From Picochlorum sp. SENEW3 (lineage: Eukaryota), in NCBI GenBank assembly GCA_034226945.1, contig CP120454.1, positions 1,116,001-1,180,000 of the forward strand: 64,000 bases of DNA. The letters run 5' to 3'. The notes beneath the pieces are model-generated. The model was not told the DNA's origin and did not search any database. It worked only from the letters and a program-made list of their open reading frames with translations. This document shows, piece by piece, positions 58,152 through 64,000 of the stretch. Numbering within the stretch: position 1 is the first letter of the stretch; each line of letters opens with the position of its first letter. The translations under genes were made by a program, and so were the position numbers.

Positions 58152-60104
58152 TTATGCCTTGACCTCTTCTGGAAGTTGTTTTTCCAACGTCTTTGCTCTC
58201 CACTGTCGGATCCATTCCCGGGCTCCTTCTTTTCCCTCATAATTTGATGTAGTTCGAGATGCATCCTCCATGGTTGTCAACGTTGTTGCATTTTCCTCGT
58301 CAGCATCTCGCACTCTGCCACCCGCACCTCGTTCTGTTGCAGCTTTCACTCGGGGATCTGCCAAAATTTCCTCCTTCCTTTCTTCAGAGACTGGTGCAGG
58401 TGGATCCACTGGTGCTGGGAAAGGTAATAATCCTTGGCGCGTTCGTACAGTATCCTTGGACATTGAAAGGTACAGTTTTTGGACTTGTGTATCGGCCATG
58501 GACTTTCCTTGAGCATCTGATGCTTCACTACGGCGAACCTCGACCGTCTTACCAGTCGCATCAAAAAAGCCCAGAGTAGCATCAACAATTTGTGCTACGT
58601 CACTCCGAGCGATTTTACCCGTGATTCTGTCACCCTGGGACATCTCCAACAACGAAGGAGCTGCCTGATCTGCATCATCACTCATTCCTGTAGGTCGAAG
58701 GACTGCGTATGGGAGGCCACAAGACCGGACAGCTATTTCACCACTGTACTTGTGATTTAATATTCCTCCAGGATTCAGTTGAACGATAGGAATTTCCTGT
58801 TTGCGCTTTTCTTCATCATTATTCACAAGTGCATTGCGCTCAACACCAGCTGAAGAAATCAAAAGGATCTGAGGCTTGACCTTTTTCACAGCTTTGATAC
58901 CACCATCAAATTCAATGGAGAATTCCCCTGGTTTGAAAGCAGCGTTTGGGAATCCATTGAATGAGAATCTACTGTAGACAAGCCCAAATTGTTGAATTGC
59001 TCCGGGGTTCAAAGGTGGACCATCCGCAACAGATCGTGCCCTCTTGACAGGAACAAATTCATGCCATGGAATAAACACATCCCCCCATTCCCCATCTGGA
59101 ACATCAAAAGTTGCTTGATAGGTATCTTCTGGCTCATTGAGATCATCAGTCTTTATATTCAGCTTTAATGTCTCACCAGACCCTTTGACACGCAGACTGA
59201 CACCATCATAGCCTGACAAATCCACCGTGTCTGGATACGAACGGGCACCACAAAATCCCCCTCCCTCCAGAACCAATTTCCCTGACCATGTAAATCCAGT
59301 AGATCTTTCATTCAATGCCAATACACTGTCACTATTTCCTCCCATGATGACATCATCGAGCTTTTGCCATCGCTCCAAGTCTTTCTCAGATGCCATTGGA
59401 ATGACCATGACATCTTCCTGCTTCTGCTTTGGTACAAACTTTGCCGCCGCAGCGGCAATTGCTTCCACACCCTTTGCATCAACTTTTTCTGGAGTCATTC
59501 CATCGATATACCCCATATTACCATTTGAATCTCTACCAAACACTGCTCCAGTTGCAACGACCACTTGTGTCACCCCCTTGAACAGGTCCCCACTCAACAT
59601 CTCTGGTTTCGTCACATCAACAGCGTCCTCAACAAATAAGATACCACCATTCTTCTGGACACCTTCCGAAATACCATACTCCTTGAACGCGCTCATGGCC
59701 TTTGCAGAATCCCGTACAGCTGCAACAACAGTTCTGCCTCTCTTCAATAACTTTGCCACAATTTCTTTGCCGCATCGACCAGATGCACCAAACACAAGAA
59801 CTGCATTCTCACGTGGTAATGGAGCTGGCTCATCAGTCCATTCGCTAGCATTGGCAACCTGATTGCCCTCCAAATCCTTCCCAGCCTTGAGAGCTTCGTT
59901 CACCAAAAACGCAATGCTTCCCACAACAAGAACCCCGCCACCGACAATGAATTCAACAGGAGCATTCTCAAATCCAATTGCCTGTGATGGCTGCAGTGGT
60001 TGACGAGGAACGGCAACACAGTGTTTGTGTGGTACCAAGGATCGTCTGTGGACAGACCTGCCACTTTGGACGACACCGTGTGATACTCGCAATGCGGCAA
60101 CCAT
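58152..60104 (-). CDS. NAD(P)-binding Rossmann protein with inserted CIA30 domain, plastid-targeted
   Basis: VFGASGRCG, W..LDDVIMGG.S, GGGFCG.R, SSAGVER, K..GE..VR and GKIARSDVA. Confidence 0.85.
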   Translation of the reverse strand: MVAALRVSHGVVQSGRSVHRRSLVPHKHCVAVPRQPLQPSQAIGFENAPVEFIVGGGVLVVGSIAFLVNEALKAGKDLEGNQVANASEWTDEPAPLPRENAVLVFGASGRCGKEIVAKLLKRGRTVVAAVRDSAKAMSAFKEYGISEGVQKNGGILFVEDAVDVTKPEMLSGDLFKGVTQVVVATGAVFGRDSNGNMGYIDGMTPEKVDAKGVEAIAAAAAKFVPKQKQEDVMVIPMASEKDLERWQKLDDVIMGGNSDSVLALNERSTGFTWSGKLVLEGGGFCGARSYPDTVDLSGYDGVSLRVKGSGETLKLNIKTDDLNEPEDTYQATFDVPDGEWGDVFIPWHEFVPVKRARSVADGPPLNPGAIQQFGLVYSRFSFNGFPNAAFKPGEFSIEFDGGIKAVKKVKPQILLISSAGVERNALVNNDEEKRKQEIPIVQLNPGGILNHKYSGEIAVRSCGLPYAVLRPTGMSDDADQAAPSLLEMSQGDRITGKIARSDVAQIVDATLGFFDATGKTVEVRRSEASDAQGKSMADTQVQKLYLSMSKDTVRTRQGLLPFPAPVDPPAPVSEERKEEILADPRVKAATERGAGGRVRDADEENATTLTTMEDASRTTSNYEGKEGAREWIRQWRAKTLEKQLPEEVKA

Positions 60105-60287
60105 TGTGATCACTGTATTCTTAAAATTGTTACAATACAGTTTTAAATGAAATGGAAAAATATGGGATCCGTTTGGAGAGCGCTCATGATTTATTTTCCA
60201 GTCTTACATGTCCGGGGGTGATGCATAGTGAAAGATGAGCAGAATCCTCAAATTCGGATTGAGGGGCTATGATATATCTTCTTGTGA

Positions 60288-62426
60288 TTAGAACACTCCT
60301 GCTCGGATCATGATGCTTCCAGCAGCGGCGACAGCAGCAGATATAGCTGTGATGGCAGCTTGCTGTGATTCCACAGAACGAACTCCTGCAGTGCAGATGG
60401 TCACCTTTAGGCTCTGAGTCATGGAGTTGCCTTTGATGTTCTTATCCTTCATCTCCTGTAACAAGGCTATGGCCTTTTCATATTTGTGAAATCTATCGCA
60501 ACATGCGATCAAAGCGTTGTACAAGTGGACTGTTGGCCTCAAGCCTGCTTGCTGTGCTCTGTGGTACACATGCAATGCCTTGTGGAACTTTCCTTGAATT
60601 GAATAGCCAGCGACCAAGCCACAATACGCATAATCATTTGGAAACATCCCTTCTGTCTCTAAAAGACTGAAAAAATATTCAGCTTTTTGTGTATTTCCTG
60701 CTACACCATACCCGGCAATCATAGTTTCATACGTCACTTGGTCTGGGCATTTGATATCAGCATACACGTCCTCTGCTGTAGTCATCTGGCCATTCTTGGC
60801 GAGGGCTGACAAGGCTGTGTTGTAGATGATGGTATCATTGTCAGCAACCGACGTATCTCTCGATGATCTATACAGAGATAATAATTCCAATGCTTGTTTC
60901 CAGCATCCAGATCGCTCATATGCATACATCATAGACCCATAGATGACATTGTTCAAAAGTATACGAGGAGCTGACTTTTTCTTTCTGTCCACGTCCATTG
61001 CATCACGCTGAATAGAATAGAATATGGCTTCTGCATCCTTCCACAGGCCCTTTTCCGCTAGTTGGCGTAATAAAATTGAGACGGTATATTCGTTTGGTAC
61101 ATTACCTTTGCCAAGGGCACCAGAGTACATCTGATCAAACAAGTCTACGGCCTTATCAATGCTGCCATATTTTGCATATGTCGACACTAAAGCAGTATAT
61201 GTTCGCACATTTGGATTGATTTTCTTTGCTTGCATCCAACGAAGTATCCTCTCAGCTTTATTCCAACATCCATTTGTGCCCAAGGCATCAATCAGTGCTG
61301 TGCATGTCACCACATCAGGTGAAACACCATGCTGTATCATGTCATTGAATTTTCTCACAGCACTCTTCCAATCACCTGCTTTTCCATGCGCTTTGATGAT
61401 GGCCGAATACGCATGGGCCGATGGCCTCATGCCCTGCATCTTCAAATCATCCCAGAGTCTATATGCCTCTTCATAGCGCGACCCATGGGTTGCTGCTGTC
61501 ATGGCAGCAGTGTATGCGTACATTACACTGCTCTTATCCATGCACTTTTCCCGTGTCGCGTAGAATGTGTCTATTGCTCTATCAAAATCTCCCTTGCCAT
61601 CAAGTGCTTCAATCAAGACTGTGTAAATCTGGGAATCCATTTCCCCAGGTATTGCCGCCTTGGCATGGTTCCATATTCCCACCGCATAATCATATTGCTT
61701 ATCCATTATCGCCGCCTTCATTGCTGTAGTATATGTAAATACAGAGCACGAAAGGCCAGCTCCTCCACAGTCTTTACTCTGCCGCATCCACTCATAAATG
61801 TCCAGGGCTCTGCCATGTTGCCCTCTCCTACTGCAGATACGCATCATCGATGCGCAGAGACGCTCATCAAACTCGTGATTATTCTCAACAAGCCAATCGA
61901 ACAATGCAAGCGCTCTCTTTCTCGTGGCAGCATGCCTTGCCAAGCTACACAATACCTTGTCCAGAGAAACGTTGTGAGCAGAGTCCAACAACCCTGCACA
62001 GGTATATTCTGCCAATCGTGGTTCCTTTGATGGATCCATAAGATCTAAAATGAATTCTGGCAGCGCATTGTTTGTTTGTTGGGCCTGTATGAAGAAGAAT
62101 TCATGTCAGGGCATTATCGTATCCAGACGACCAGGCTCCTCGAAGAAGACCACAATGCTTCAGATAGGCCATTAGATACGTACCTTGACTTCATCTATAG
62201 AGTTTACAGTATCCTTGCCCCGTGCAATCCCAGTTTTCCAGGTTTTCTGGTCTGCAGCAAGAGTCGCTGCCTGAACCTCTTGGAATGTCGAGCCACACAG
62301 GCTTGGCGATCTCCGATTCCTTCCCGCATTCAATAAAACTACTTCATTTACTTGCAGAATTCTATGCATGTGCGTTGAAGAGGTTCCTTCCCCTCCCAGG
62401 TGAAAAAAACTCCGTTGTCCAAGCAT
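60288..62426 (-). CDS. Pentatricopeptide-repeat protein (5' exon approximate)
   Basis: Repeated 35-aa PPR units (PDVVTCTALIDA, PNVRTYTALVSTY, PTVHLYNALIAC); intron ~62085-62183. Confidence 0.88.
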
Positions 62427-62632
62427 GGTTGTCCAACGGACGAGCAGCGTTGTCTCTTTCGAATGAATTACTTACTACGGAATCCTCATTGGTATTATTA
62501 AATAATGATATCATGTAAAATTGATTTTGGAGCATGCTCTTTCAATAGTAATAGAAGATGGTGGTCTCTCTCCCAAGACAGAGAGAGATTCCATCATCTA
62601 TTGAAGAAGCGAGCCTGATCTAATAATGCCGA

Positions 62633-64000
62633 TCAATACCGTGCATTCGTATGTGTCGACGATGATTTTGATGTTCCTGCTTTCGACGATCCGCCGAGTG
62701 ATCGCACCGATACGAAGGAGTTTAATGCAGCTGCTCGCGGATGAGGAATTCTGCCATCCTTTCGCTTCATCATCAGGTCATCCAGGTATCTATCCGCAAG
62801 TCTGTTATAGAATTTGCATAGATCAATCATGCTACCAAGTCTTTTTGTCAACTGGACGACAAATATTGAGGGAAGCACTTCAAAGTACCTCACAGTCACA
62901 GCCATGCCCCGTCTGCCACCAATTGGGGCGACTAGATCCATATGATCAGCATCAATATCAAAATGGTCGACAAATCCTCCCAGTTCAAGTGTCCCTTCTT
63001 TTATTCGCATCAAAACATCTTTAATATTTGCCTTGGTGCTGAACTGCACGTGCCCCATGGAGCTCTCTTCTACGGTTTCAAACAGGGCCCCCAGGCTGAG
63101 GTTCCTTCCTATCAATTCAAAAGCATTCATTTTCGACACCACGTGCATCTTGCATGATTTAGGATCTGGAGTCTGATAAATATTTCTTGACAAGGCTGTC
63201 ATCAGATCCGAATACCACTTGTAAAATTCTGCCGTGTTCCCCGTCACTTTTTGCACATCAACAATCTTGTTCCCGCTTTGCAATTGCTTCACATGAATTG
63301 CCACCTTCACGATGCCCTTCATTGTCTTGACATATAATCTTAGTACATTTCTCGTGCGTTTTTCAACCTTACCGCTCCCAAGAGCGACAACAACTTGTTC
63401 AATCTCATCAAACACATCTGGCAAGCTGGCCTCTGTTGTAAATTGCGTATGTCGTTTTATCAAGTCATCTTTCGCCTCAAACATCCCTGAAAGATCAATG
63501 AAATCGTTGATCAGGTCAAATGCAGTCAAATTCGTATCATCTGCCCGGCCAAGACTCTTCAAACTTCTATACCGTGTTGGTTGGAGTTGCGCAGTATCAA
63601 CGGCTTCAAACACCTCAACGTCATCGGTCGTGCTTATTTCAGAAACAGTTGCATATGAATCCGTCTTCTGAAAATCTCTCGATATCCAGGGAAACTTCCA
63701 CACATCTTCCGCAGTAGGCCTAGCATCCGGATTCACCTGAATCATGCTCCGCAACAAATCAGCCGCCTCAGGAGACGTCCACGCTGGAATATTGAACTCG
63801 GCCTTTGAAATCTTCTCAAACAAGGTCACCATGTTATCTTCATCAAAAGGTAAACATCCTGCCAATATCACATACAGCACTGCTCCCAACGACCAAATAT
63901 CTGCTGCATACCCACTATATGGCTTTCTGCTCACGACTTCTGGTGCTGCATAATTCGGGGTACCACACACGGTATTCATCAAATCCAACTGCTCGTTCAA
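62633..64000 (-). CDS. CIPK: CBL-interacting (SnRK3/CIPK-type) Ser/Thr kinase, 5' part outside the window
   Basis: TVCGTPNYAAPEV, ADIWSLG and AGCLPFDE; NAF-type motifs LTAFDLI..DLSGMFE and MNAFELI..LSLGALFE. Confidence 0.85.
   Translation of the reverse strand: MNEQLDLMNTVCGTPNYAAPEVVSRKPYSGYAADIWSLGAVLYVILAGCLPFDEDNMVTLFEKISKAEFNIPAWTSPEAADLLRSMIQVNPDARPTAEDVWKFPWISRDFQKTDSYATVSEISTTDDVEVFEAVDTAQLQPTRYRSLKSLGRADDTNLTAFDLINDFIDLSGMFEAKDDLIKRHTQFTTEASLPDVFDEIEQVVVALGSGKVEKRTRNVLRLYVKTMKGIVKVAIHVKQLQSGNKIVDVQKVTGNTAEFYKWYSDLMTALSRNIYQTPDPKSCKMHVVSKMNAFELIGRNLSLGALFETVEESSMGHVQFSTKANIKDVLMRIKEGTLELGGFVDHFDIDADHMDLVAPIGGRRGMAVTVRYFEVLPSIFVVQLTKRLGSMIDLCKFYNRLADRYLDDLMMKRKDGRIPHPRAAALNSFVSVRSLGGSSKAGTSKSSSTHTNARY

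Overview
This is gene-dense eukaryotic nuclear DNA with short GT-AG introns and very short intergenic spacers. It encodes plastid-targeted proteins (Rpl10, SufE-NadA quinolinate synthase, PurD, PPR), which best fits a compact green-algal genome (Picochlorum/Chlorellales-like; the taxon is inferred). About 35 genes are present, mostly housekeeping: CDKD, RPL37A, ALG2, MCM5, NBAS/Sec39, DHS, cap methyltransferase, PAM, ICMT, BARD1/BRCA1-like, RGP1, CIPK. They are interrupted at ~42.7-54.8 kb by an accessory island. Its core (~43.1-49.8 kb) is an apparently capsid-less integrative element with four parts: (i) a PolA-like TV-Pol primase fused to a D5/SF3 helicase, broken by one in-frame TAG; (ii) a divergent tyrosine recombinase; (iii) between them, an array of inverted and tandem TGTTCCAC repeats that looks like a replication origin; (iv) an intron-containing orphan gene. 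This layout parallels bacterial P4/PICI satellites and a stripped-down Polinton-like virus. Next to it are secreted-protein genes, two of which carry premature stops. All calls come from reading motifs by eye; no database searches were run.
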